Position numbers and translations under genes: made by a program. A stretch of DNA of 64,000 bases. Origin: Candidatus Tepidiaquacellales bacterium OLB5. Its GTDB lineage: Bacteria > Bacteroidota > Ignavibacteria > Tepidaquicellales > OLB5. The stretch spans positions 1,318-65,317 of the forward strand of contig LLZO01000385.1 of assembly GCA_001567545.1 (NCBI GenBank). The letters are read 5' to 3'. The notes below the pieces were generated by a model, which had not been told where the DNA came from, made no database searches, and saw nothing but the letters and a program-made list of their open reading frames with translations. How positions within the stretch are numbered: the first letter of the stretch is position 1; each line of letters begins with the position of its first letter. Shown here piece after piece: positions 1-8,772 of the stretch.

Positions 1-113
1 AAAAGGACGGTAAAGATACAGAAGTTACAAAAACCCTGACAGTAACATATAATCTTTCAGCAAAAAAGAACGGCGAATGGGTTATTACCGGTAACTCCGT
101 AAAAGAAGATTAA
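1..113 (+). CDS. 3' end of an unidentified CDS (partial, enters from the left edge)
   Basis: Frame 3..110 reads KDGKDTEVTKTLTVTYNLSAKKNGEWVITGNSVKED, then TAA at 111-113, followed by a terminator hairpin. Too short to assign a family. Confidence 0.5.
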   Translation, partial: KDGKDTEVTKTLTVTYNLSAKKNGEWVITGNSVKED

Positions 114-141
114 ATAGCCACCTGTTTTAAATAATCCTTTT

Positions 142-166
142 AAACCCGGTTAACAGCCGGGTTTTT
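142..166 (+). terminator. Rho-independent terminator
   Basis: aaacccgg / ccgggttt 8-bp stem with loop ttaacag, followed by a T-run, 29 nt after the stop at 111-113. Confidence 0.8.
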
Positions 167-299
167 AATTTCCTGCATAAAATACACATTTACTTCGGTA
201 TTTTTTCATAAATTTTTAATCCTTATTTTTGATAATCTGCAGTCTGCAGATACATTCCACACAATAAATATATAATTTTAATATAGAAAGCAGCTTAAA

Positions 300-1424
300 A
301 TGAGTGTTTTAGTTGGTAAAAATACAAGATTAATGGTGCAGGGTATTACCGGCTCTGAAGGTTCATTTCATACAAGACAAATCATCGAATACGGCACAAA
401 TGTTGTTGCAGGTGTCACTCCCGGAAAAGGCGGTACACTGTTCGATGAAAAAATCCCCGTATTTAATACATGCAAAGAAGCAGTTGAAAAAGCAGGCGCA
501 AATACCTCTGTAATTTTTGTTCCCCCTGCATTTGCGCTTGATGCAATAATTGAAGCTGCAGATTCAGGAGTAGAAGTTATTGTTACTATTACAGAAGGTA
601 TTCCCACAAAGGATATGATAACTGTTAAGAATTATATTGAAGATATAAACCGTACCGGCAGAAAATTAAGAATGATAGGTCCTAACTGTCCGGGAATAAT
701 TACTCCGGGTGAAGCTAAGATAGGAATTATGCCGGGATTTATTCATTTGCCCGGAAGAATTGGTTTAATTTCAAGGAGCGGAACATTGACTTATGAAGCA
801 GTTGCTCAGCTTACCGCTTTGGGTTTAGGGCAATCAACCTGCATAGGAATAGGTGGAGATCCAATTATAGGAACAAATTTTATTGATGCTATGAAGCTGT
901 TTAATGAAGATAAAAATACGGATGCCGTAATTATGATAGGTGAAATTGGCGGAAATGCCGAAGAAACCTGCGCAGAATATGTTAAGAACTTTATGACAAA
1001 ACCTGTAGTGGGATTCATAGCAGGAAGAACTGCTCCTCCGGGAAGAAGGATGGGCCACGCGGGTGCAATTATAGCTGGCGGTAAAGGAACTGCTGAAGAC
1101 AAAATTAAAGCATTGCGCGAAGCCGGAATTTATGTTGCTGAATCCCCGGCTGATATGGGTACAATGGTTAAGCTTGCCCTTGAAGAATTTAAAGCAAAAA
1201 AAGCCGGTACCAAAAGCAGTAAGAAAAATAAAAAGAAAAGCTCCAAGAAATCAAAGTCAAAATCATCAAGACCTAAGGCTGCTTCAAAAAAAAGTGCTAA
1301 GGTTTCAAAAAAAGTAAAGCCGTTTAAAAAGAACAGAACAGCTAAAAGCGCAAAACCAAAAGCAAAGAAAAAACCGGCAGTTAAAAGATCTGCAAAAAAA
1401 CAGGTTAAGAAAAAAAAGAAATAA
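300..1424 (+). CDS. sucD: Succinyl-CoA synthetase alpha subunit with a 77-aa lysine-rich C-terminal extension
   Basis: Full-length SucD pattern: [26 protein letters not shown], phosphohistidine loop GHAGAII. The core ends near LALEEF (about residue 297). Residues 298-374 are K/S/A/P low complexity. Confidence 0.93.
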   Translation: MSVLVGKNTRLMVQGITGSEGSFHTRQIIEYGTNVVAGVTPGKGGTLFDEKIPVFNTCKEAVEKAGANTSVIFVPPAFALDAIIEAADSGVEVIVTITEGIPTKDMITVKNYIEDINRTGRKLRMIGPNCPGIITPGEAKIGIMPGFIHLPGRIGLISRSGTLTYEAVAQLTALGLGQSTCIGIGGDPIIGTNFIDAMKLFNEDKNTDAVIMIGEIGGNAEETCAEYVKNFMTKPVVGFIAGRTAPPGRRMGHAGAIIAGGKGTAEDKIKALREAGIYVAESPADMGTMVKLALEEFKAKKAGTKSSKKNKKKSSKKSKSKSSRPKAASKKSAKVSKKVKPFKKNRTAKSAKPKAKKKPAVKRSAKKQVKKKKK

Positions 1425-1450
1425 GATATTTTAAAACTATTCAGCAATAA

Positions 1451-1840
1451 ATGAATTATACAATTATACGTATAAGGAATGCCCGCTTTTATGCTCACCA
1501 CGGTGTGCTTGATGCTGAGCGCACCAACGGCGGTTTATTTGAAATTGATGCTGAAATGACCTGTGATGTTACTGCAGCTGAAGCAGAGGACAACTTAAAA
1601 AAAACGCTTGACTATGAACATGCTTACCGCTTTATAAAAGAAGTGGTATCTGAAGAAAGATTTTTTCTTATTGAAGCTCTTGCTTACAGGATTGCTGTAA
1701 AGATAATCAGTAATTTTAATGTAGTACAAAAAGTTGTTATTAAAGTAAGAAAGCCTTCCCCTCCTTTGGGCGGACTGACTGATTATGTTGAAGTAGAACA
1801 TACTGAATACAGGCAGACTTCAAAGCAGGAACCTGTTTAA
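1451..1840 (+). CDS. folB: Dihydroneopterin aldolase
   Basis: About 120-aa FolB pattern (ARFYAHHGVLDAERTNGGLFEIDAEM, LDYEHAY) directly upstream of folK. Confidence 0.85.
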   Translation: MNYTIIRIRNARFYAHHGVLDAERTNGGLFEIDAEMTCDVTAAEAEDNLKKTLDYEHAYRFIKEVVSEERFFLIEALAYRIAVKIISNFNVVQKVVIKVRKPSPPLGGLTDYVEVEHTEYRQTSKQEPV

Positions 1841-1841
1841 T

Positions 1842-2342
1842 ATGCCTGTAATTGCCGTTCTTGGTTTCGGTTCAAACTGCGGAAAAAGAAAAAACAATTT
1901 AAAAAAAGCATTAAAAATTTGTTCTTTAAGCAGGTCATTAGACCTGCTTAAAGTATCATCACTGTATGAAACTGATCCCTGGGGATATAAGGATCAGAAT
2001 AAGTTCCTGAATTGTATTGCAGTTTTTTTATGCAGGAGCAAGCCTTTGGATCTTTTAAAATTTTTAAAGGATACGGAAAAAAGGCTGGGCAGAAAACAAA
2101 GAGGATTATGGCAGCCAAGGGAAATTGATATTGATATTCTTTTTTACAGTAACAGGATTTTTAACAAAAAAAATTTGAAGATACCGCACCCAAGGCTTCA
2201 TTTAAGGAATTTTGTCCTGATACCGCTTGTTGAAGTAATGCCCGGATTTAAACACCCGGTTTTAAAAAAAACCGTAAAACAACTGTGTTTTTCCGGAAAT
2301 GACAGCACTAAAGTAAAATTTTTGAAGAAATTTGTCTGGTAA
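1842..2342 (+). CDS. folK: 2-amino-4-hydroxy-6-hydroxymethyldihydropteridine diphosphokinase (HPPK)
   Basis: HPPK motifs: DPWGY, RxxxRWxPREIDIDIL-like (LWQPREIDIDILFY), IPHPRLHLRNFVLIPL. Start is 1 nt after the folB stop. Confidence 0.88.
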   Translation: MPVIAVLGFGSNCGKRKNNLKKALKICSLSRSLDLLKVSSLYETDPWGYKDQNKFLNCIAVFLCRSKPLDLLKFLKDTEKRLGRKQRGLWQPREIDIDILFYSNRIFNKKNLKIPHPRLHLRNFVLIPLVEVMPGFKHPVLKKTVKQLCFSGNDSTKVKFLKKFVW

Positions 2343-3003
2343 TTTTGTAAATTCCGGTATAAGCTACATTGCTGTTGAAGGCGTAATTGGCGCAGGAAAA
2401 ACGTCAGTAGCTCAGATGTTAGCTGAAAAGCTGAATGCCAAGCTTATACTGGAGAACTTTGAAGATAATCCTTTCCTCGAAAAATTTTACGTAAAACCTG
2501 AAGAATATGCTTTCAGAACTCAGATGTTCTTTCTGCTTGAAAGATATACTCAGCTTCAGGAAGTGCACCAGAAAGAGCTTTTTCAGAATTTTATAGTCAG
2601 TGATTACATCTTTGAAAAAGATAAAATATTTGCTTACCTCAATTTAAGCGATGATGAGCTTAAAATATATGAACATGTAGTTAACGGACTTGATAAAGGC
2701 ATAGTTGTTCCCGATCTTGTAATTTACCTTCAATCTACTATAGAACGGCTTATGTCAAATATAAGAAGGCGAAACAGGGAAATTGAAAAGGAAATAAGTG
2801 AAGAGTATATTTCAAGCTTAAACGAAGCGTATAATTATTTCTTTTCAAGATACAAGGCTACAAGGATAATGATTGTAAACTGCGAAGAAGTAGATTTTGT
2901 GAATAACACAAGTGATTTTGATAACCTTGTAAATGAAATTTTCAGCAGCGATTTTTCAGCTGTAAAATATTACAACCCCTCATTAAGAAAAGCTGCACAA
3001 TAA
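2332..3003 (+). CDS. Deoxynucleoside kinase family protein
   Basis: P-loop IAVEGVIGAGKTS, ENFEDNPFLEKFY and ERY/DYIF motifs typical of dAK/dGK-type deoxynucleoside kinases. TTG start overlaps the folK end by 11 nt, so the start is uncertain. Confidence 0.8.
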   Translation: MSGNFVNSGISYIAVEGVIGAGKTSVAQMLAEKLNAKLILENFEDNPFLEKFYVKPEEYAFRTQMFFLLERYTQLQEVHQKELFQNFIVSDYIFEKDKIFAYLNLSDDELKIYEHVVNGLDKGIVVPDLVIYLQSTIERLMSNIRRRNREIEKEISEEYISSLNEAYNYFFSRYKATRIMIVNCEEVDFVNNTSDFDNLVNEIFSSDFSAVKYYNPSLRKAAQ

Positions 3004-3021
3004 ATCCCGGATAGAATTGAT

Positions 3022-3210
3022 ATGAAATACGTTGTAATTGCAATTCTGATTTATCTTGCATACCTGATCTTTAAAAGGATACTTAAAAATGTATCTCAAA
3101 AACAAAAGAACAAAGTAAGCGGAAATGAAAATTTGAAAAGCCGGAATTATGATATAAACATGATTGAGGATGCTGAATTCCGGGAAGTAAAAGGGGAAGA
3201 TAAGCAGTAA
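3022..3210 (+). CDS. Small membrane protein (hypothetical)
   Basis: 62-aa ORF with one N-terminal hydrophobic helix (YVVIAILIYLAYLIF) and a charged tail. It fills the gap between two same-strand genes. No family recognised. Confidence 0.45.
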   Translation: MKYVVIAILIYLAYLIFKRILKNVSQKQKNKVSGNENLKSRNYDINMIEDAEFREVKGEDKQ

Positions 3211-3212
3211 AG

Positions 3213-4320
3213 TTGGGCAGTGCAGAAAAAATATTTAGTAACATAGCGATTGGTGTTTTTAAAGGATTTGTTCTTGAAAAAGTTATAACCCTTTCAAATG
3301 AAGATCTGAATAAAATTAACAGAATTTTGATTATAGTAAGGCACCAGATGGGTGATTTTCTGTGTACGCTGCCTATGATGCTCTCGCTGAGGAAAAAATT
3401 TCTTTCGGCTGAAATTACTCTGGTTTCCAAAAGCTCTGCTTTTGCAAAAGAAATTCTTAATTCCTGCAGCAACAACCCTGTTGATAATATCTATTATTAT
3501 GAAAAAGGATTTGAAAATTTTGTAAATACAGTTAAAGAAATAAAAGATAAAAATCCGGAATTGGCTGTTGTGCCTTCACCGGTTGATTTTTCTTCAACAA
3601 ACCACTTGATTGCCTATTATTCAGGGGCTCAGTACAGGGCGGGTGTAAGGTCAAGAGATTATGAAAAAAACCGGATTGGTTATGTACTGAATATAAAAAG
3701 TGATTTCCTATGGGACACAAAAAAAGTTCACCAGATAGAGCGCAGCCTTGATGTGATAAGGCAGATTGGTATTGAACCCGAAGAAAACAAAATTTCTTTG
3801 AATTTAAACGAAGATAAAAAAAACTTTGCTGCAGAATATTTCACAAAAAATTTTCCAGAACGGAACAGACCGGTTATAGGATTGCATACAGGTGCAGCAA
3901 AAGAACAAAATGTATGGAATTATGAAAAATTTGCCGGTTTAATGAATTTACTTTATCAAAAAACCGGCGCATACTTTTATTTATCGGTAGGTCCAGATGA
4001 TAAAAAATATTCGGAATCATTGACATCTCATCTGAAAAAAAAATTTTCCAGATATAAAATATGCATTATATTGCGGTGATTTAATGAATAATGCTGCAAA
4101 TATCAGCAAAACTTCAATATTTATATCAAATGATACCGGGATAATGCATTTGGCAAGCGGGTTTGATATACCTGTTATCGGCTTGTTTGGTCCCACAAAA
4201 GCTTATGAATGGGGGCCTATTGGAAGAAATAAAGTATCAATTCTGGGGACAGGAAATAATATTAATAAAATTGAGATTTCTGGTGTTTATGAAACTGTTA
4301 TCAGGTTATTATATGTTTAA
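3213..4320 (+). pseudogene. Glycosyltransferase family 9 (heptosyltransferase-like), split by a frameshift at an A9 tract
   Basis: N-terminal ORF 3213..4079 has the GT9 start pattern (RILIIVRHQMGDFLCTLP). ORF 4084..4320 has the GT9 C-terminal motif (IFISNDTGIMHLASGFDIPVIGLFGPT). The second frame is open back to 4036 (KKNFPDIKYALYCGDLMNNAANISK). The frames meet at the A9 run 4035-4043. Confidence 0.8.
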
Positions 4321-4370
4321 AATTGTATAATTTTAGCAAAATTTCGGCTTTTTTTAAGATTCATTTTGTC

Positions 4371-4399
4371 TTGACATTATTTATTCGGCAATATATATT
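4371..4399 (+). promoter_or_regulatory. Candidate sigma70-type promoter (TTGACA-17 nt-TATATT)
   Basis: TTGACA at 4371-4376, exactly 17-nt spacer, TATATT at 4394-4399, in the 245-nt gap upstream of porU. Motif match only. FCB-group promoters may follow different rules. Confidence 0.35.
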
Positions 4400-4505
4400 G
4401 CTTTAAAAGAGGATAAAATTTATAGAAAAATTGTTAGAGGTTTAATTTCGGTTTTATAATTCTGATACCACTAGCAATTTTTTTTATTACGAGTATTTTA
4501 TAAAG

Positions 4506-4540
4506 CCGAATTGAACAATTTATTCAATTTCGGTTTTTTT
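4506..4540 (+). terminator. Rho-independent terminator/attenuator hairpin in the porU leader
   Basis: ccgaattgaa / tcaatttcgg stem (one bulged A), 8-nt loop, then T7 (4534-4540). It ends 25 nt before the porU ATG. Confidence 0.65.
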
Positions 4541-4565
4541 ATTATAAATTTTAAATTTTATAAGA

Positions 4566-7500
4566 ATGAACTCATTCAAATATTCCTTGACCGCATTACT
4601 GGTTTTATTAAATACCTGCTTATTCAGCCAGGATAATAAACTGTTTATTAATAATTTGGGGCAAAATACAGGCAAACAGCCCGATATGAATGATTTCCTG
4701 TTTAATGAAGTTAAACAGGATTACCGGATCATTTCATCCGGAGCAACTTATCTTGAAATTGAATATATACCATCCGGAGTTTATGAAAAAAAGTTCAGCT
4801 TTAACAATGAAAATTTTTCGGTAATAGAATTTTTATACGGACTTGATAAAACAATAAATTCATCAGGAAGCCCCGATCTAAAATACAGAAGCTTTCCTGT
4901 TTTCTTGCCATCAGAAATAAACAATTCTGTTCAGGTTATTGATTATGAAATGAAGGAGGAACAGAATATTAATATTGCTCCTGTTCCGGTAATGAGTGTT
5001 TTTAATCCGAATGTCAGAAGTTTTGAGAACATTTATTATAATTATTTAAAGAACGGTGAGTTCCAGCAGAATAAATATTTACCTGAAAATTTTGTAAGTT
5101 TAAGCAATATAGGTCCGCTTCGTGATGCTGTAACAGGTAACCTAGTGATTTATCCTTTTCAGTATAACCCTGTAACAAAAAGTTTAAGATATTATTCCCG
5201 ATTAAGGATCCGTATTACATTCGGTGAAACCCCGGTTCAGCTTAACAGGGCAAGAAGCAAAGAAGAGATTTCTCTTCTTTCAGGTGCTGGTATTAATTTT
5301 AACACTGCAGCCGGATGGATGAATCCGAAATTAAGAAATATTAAAAGAGACAGGCTGGTTACTAACAGTGTACTTTCTTCGGGTGACTGGTATAAACTTG
5401 AAATTAAAGATAATGCAGACGGAACAAGCGAGGGTATTTATAAGATCACTAAAAGTTTTCTTGATAATGCAGGTATAAATACTTCCGGTATAGACCCGAG
5501 AACTTTTAAAATTTACGGCAATGGCGGAAATTATCTTCCTGAATTTTTTGGTGATCCAAGACCTGAAGACCTTGTAGAAAATGCTATATATATTGAAGGA
5601 GAGAACGATGGTGTATTTAATAATGATGATTATATATTGTTTTACGGCAGGTCTATAAATCAGTGGATATATGATTCTACTGCCCGTACTTTCAATCACA
5701 GGTTAAATGTGTATTCCCGTTCAAATTACTATTGGATAGCATTTAATACACCTAATAACGGTAAAAGAATGATGCTTTCTCCGTCCGATCCTGGGAACGC
5801 TTCAGTATTTCCGACTTCATTTACTGAAAAATTATTTATCGAACCTGAGGTGGAAAATCTTATCAACGAAGGAAATTTGTGGCTGAGCTCAAGCAGAAGA
5901 CCCGGTCAGTCATTTGAGTGGAATACAAACCTGAACGGACTGGAAGCCGGTTCAGATATATTTTACAGACTTAAGCTTGCTCAAAGAGTGCTTTGTCCCA
6001 ATTCAGGCTACTTCCAGGTTAAAGATGATTTTTCCAATATGTCCGAATTCCTGTTCTCACTTGATTGTGTTGTAGCCGGATTTAATGAATGGATCAATAC
6101 TCAAGCCAGAACATTTACGATAAATCAATCACAGAAAACAAACGGTGAACAGGTTAAGCTTAGAGCTACATTTTATGCAAGCAACAGCGAAGCTGAAGGT
6201 TACCAGGACTGGTTTGAAATACTGTATAAGAGAAGATTTAATTCCGCATCCGGTGATTTTCTGAGATTCAACTCACCTGATACTAATGCAATAGTTGAAT
6301 ACAATGTTTCATCTTTTTCAAATAATAATATCCGTGTGTTTGATGCTACCGGTCATGCAGATGTAAAATTGATTCAGCCTGTACAGGTTTCTGCATCCAA
6401 TGTAAAATTCCGTAAAACTGAAATAAATGGGAGTTTAAGCAGTTTTATTATTGTAGGGCAGAACGGATATAAAACACCAACCTCTATTTCATCCAGAGTA
6501 TCTAACCAGAACCTGCGCGGAATTTCTGATGGAGCAAGTTTTATTATCGTTACTCATAAAGATTTTATTTCTGTAGGCGAAAGGCTTAAAAACAAGAGAG
6601 AGCAGGGCGGTCAAGGCAACCCAGATTACTTGAAAACAATGGTTGTAACTACAGAACAGATCTTTAATGAGTTTTCGGGCGGTGTATATGATGCTGTTGC
6701 TATACGGGATTTTATAAAATATGCATATGAAAACTGGACAACTAAACCCGCTTATGTTTGCCTGCTTGGTGATGGTAGTTTTGATTATAAAGGATTAAGA
6801 CCCAGCTCCGGTATAAATTATGTTCCGGCATGGGAAAAAACTGATCCGCAGATCCACCAGGTACTTGGTTTGACTACTGATGACTTTTTTGTTAATATTG
6901 CAGGCGGCTCCGGTTTAATTGATAAACCGGATCTTGCAATCGGCAGAATACCTGCAAATTCATTGGTGGAAGCAAATAATTATATAGATAAAATAGATGC
7001 ATACGAAAGCGGGGAACATAACGGTTACTGGAAAAATAAAATGATGTTTGTTGCTGATGACGAAAAAACAACTTCACCGGGCTGTGAAGGAATATTCCAC
7101 CTTCTGCAATGTGAATCTCTTGCCGAACAATACACCCCTCCGTATATAGATAAGCTTAAGATTTATCTGGCAACTTATCCTACAGTTATTACTCCGCAGG
7201 GAAGAAGAAAACCGCAGGTTAATGAAGATATTGCTAAATACTGGACGGACGGTGTTTTAAATATTCATTATACCGGACATGGCAGCCCAGATGTATGGGC
7301 GCATGAATATGTACTTGAAAAAGATGTTATTCTAAGTCTTATTAACAATACTAACCGTTATCCGTTTGTTTCTATTGCAAGCTGCGATATGAGCAAATTC
7401 GATAATCCATCAAATACAAGTGCAGGCGAGCTTTTTATGATTGCAAACCGCAAAGGCGCAATTGGCACACTTGCTGCTTCCAGACCTGTATATGCATCCA

Positions 7501-8732
7501 GCAATGCTGCTTTAATGTATGTTGTATTCAGTAATCTTTATATTCCAAGAGATACTCTGCTTCTTCAAAAAAGATTTGGTGCGGCTATTTTTAATACTAA
7601 ACAGCAGATACAATATTCAGAAAATGATGCGAAATATATTCTGATGTGTGATCCTACCATAAGAACACAGATGCCGCGCTTCCGCTCACATATAGACAGC
7701 ATCAGCGGATTAGCAGGTGATACAATGAAGGCATTAAGCAGAATTAAAATTTACGGTTCGGTATTACGGGCAGATTCTTCAGTATGGAATGATTACAACG
7801 GCAAACTTGTGCTTAAGATTTATGATGTTGACAGGAATGTTGCAACACAGGAAGACTGTAACCCGCCTATTATTCAGAATTTCAGGCTTAATGGCGGAAT
7901 TATATATTCAGGTACTAAAAATGTAAATAATGGTAAATGGACTGCGGAATTTATTGTCCCCAAGGATATTTCTTACCAGAACAACCAGGGTAGATTAATA
8001 AATTATTTTTACAATAACCAGTATGACGGCGCAGGAATAAATAGGAATTTTATTGTAGGTGGAATTAACCCTAATGCCGCTGTTGATTCAATTGGACCCA
8101 GAATAAGTATGTTTATGAACACCCGAAATTTCAGAAGCGGTGATATTGTAAATGAAAATTCAAAATTCATTGCAGATTTGTTTGATGAATCCGGCATCAA
8201 TACAACCGGAACCCTGGGGCACAAACTGGAAGCTGTACTTGACGGCAATGAAAATAATAAATACGATCTTACCAATTTTTATAATAGTGATACTACTTAT
8301 ACTTCAGGAACATTGGAATATGACTTTACTAACTTAACAGTTGGAAGGCATACACTAAAATTAAAAGCTTGGGATACCTACAATAATTCCAATGAAGCAA
8401 CAATTGAATTTGATGTTGCATCAACCGGTTCTCTTCAGGTAACAAATATTTATAATTATCCGAATCCGTTTGCCGGTAATACTGCATTTACATTCCAGCA
8501 TAATTATCCTGCAGAAATAAATGTGAAAATTAAAGTGTATACGGTAGCCGGAAGATTGATCAAAGAAATAGATAAACCGGGTGTTTCAGATAAATTTGTA
8601 GTTATTGACTGGGATGGGAAAGATCAGGACGGTGAAACATTGGGAAATGGTGTTTATATTTACAAATTGGTCGTTGAATCTGTTGACGGTTTATCAGTTA
8701 CAAATACAGGAAAATTAGCAGTTTTAAAATAG
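4566..8732 (+). CDS. porU: T9SS sortase-like C-terminal signal peptidase PorU (C25/gingipain-fold)
   Basis: Signal peptide. C25-like core with a His/Cys dyad context (NIHYTGHGSPDVW, FVSIASCDMSKF). PorU-typical block TEQIFNEFSGGVYDAVAIRDFIKYAY..LLGDGSFDYK. C-terminal T9SS/FlgD-Ig-like tail (YNYPNPF...GVYIYKL...KLAVLK). Followed by porV. Confidence 0.85.
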   Translation: MNSFKYSLTALLVLLNTCLFSQDNKLFINNLGQNTGKQPDMNDFLFNEVKQDYRIISSGATYLEIEYIPSGVYEKKFSFNNENFSVIEFLYGLDKTINSSGSPDLKYRSFPVFLPSEINNSVQVIDYEMKEEQNINIAPVPVMSVFNPNVRSFENIYYNYLKNGEFQQNKYLPENFVSLSNIGPLRDAVTGNLVIYPFQYNPVTKSLRYYSRLRIRITFGETPVQLNRARSKEEISLLSGAGINFNTAAGWMNPKLRNIKRDRLVTNSVLSSGDWYKLEIKDNADGTSEGIYKITKSFLDNAGINTSGIDPRTFKIYGNGGNYLPEFFGDPRPEDLVENAIYIEGENDGVFNNDDYILFYGRSINQWIYDSTARTFNHRLNVYSRSNYYWIAFNTPNNGKRMMLSPSDPGNASVFPTSFTEKLFIEPEVENLINEGNLWLSSSRRPGQSFEWNTNLNGLEAGSDIFYRLKLAQRVLCPNSGYFQVKDDFSNMSEFLFSLDCVVAGFNEWINTQARTFTINQSQKTNGEQVKLRATFYASNSEAEGYQDWFEILYKRRFNSASGDFLRFNSPDTNAIVEYNVSSFSNNNIRVFDATGHADVKLIQPVQVSASNVKFRKTEINGSLSSFIIVGQNGYKTPTSISSRVSNQNLRGISDGASFIIVTHKDFISVGERLKNKREQGGQGNPDYLKTMVVTTEQIFNEFSGGVYDAVAIRDFIKYAYENWTTKPAYVCLLGDGSFDYKGLRPSSGINYVPAWEKTDPQIHQVLGLTTDDFFVNIAGGSGLIDKPDLAIGRIPANSLVEANNYIDKIDAYESGEHNGYWKNKMMFVADDEKTTSPGCEGIFHLLQCESLAEQYTPPYIDKLKIYLATYPTVITPQGRRKPQVNEDIAKYWTDGVLNIHYTGHGSPDVWAHEYVLEKDVILSLINNTNRYPFVSIASCDMSKFDNPSNTSAGELFMIANRKGAIGTLAASRPVYASSNAALMYVVFSNLYIPRDTLLLQKRFGAAIFNTKQQIQYSENDAKYILMCDPTIRTQMPRFRSHIDSISGLAGDTMKALSRIKIYGSVLRADSSVWNDYNGKLVLKIYDVDRNVATQEDCNPPIIQNFRLNGGIIYSGTKNVNNGKWTAEFIVPKDISYQNNQGRLINYFYNNQYDGAGINRNFIVGGINPNAAVDSIGPRISMFMNTRNFRSGDIVNENSKFIADLFDESGINTTGTLGHKLEAVLDGNENNKYDLTNFYNSDTTYTSGTLEYDFTNLTVGRHTLKLKAWDTYNNSNEATIEFDVASTGSLQVTNIYNYPNPFAGNTAFTFQHNYPAEINVKIKVYTVAGRLIKEIDKPGVSDKFVVIDWDGKDQDGETLGNGVYIYKLVVESVDGLSVTNTGKLAVLK

Positions 8733-8772
8733 TATTAGTTAAAATTAATATATATCCAGGAGGATTCTTTAA

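Noticed and set aside
221-231. 11-mer CCTTATTTTTG shared between the sucD upstream region and 56330..56340
   Set aside because: An identical 11-mer is expected many times by chance. Only the embedded TAnnTTTG motif is retained, as a low-confidence promoter hint.
1130-1501. 123-aa minus-strand ORF rich in Phe/Leu, overlapping the end of sucD
   Set aside because: It is the antisense image of the lysine-codon run (AAA/AAG read as TTT/CTT). It has no independent start context or family signal and lies entirely over better-supported genes.
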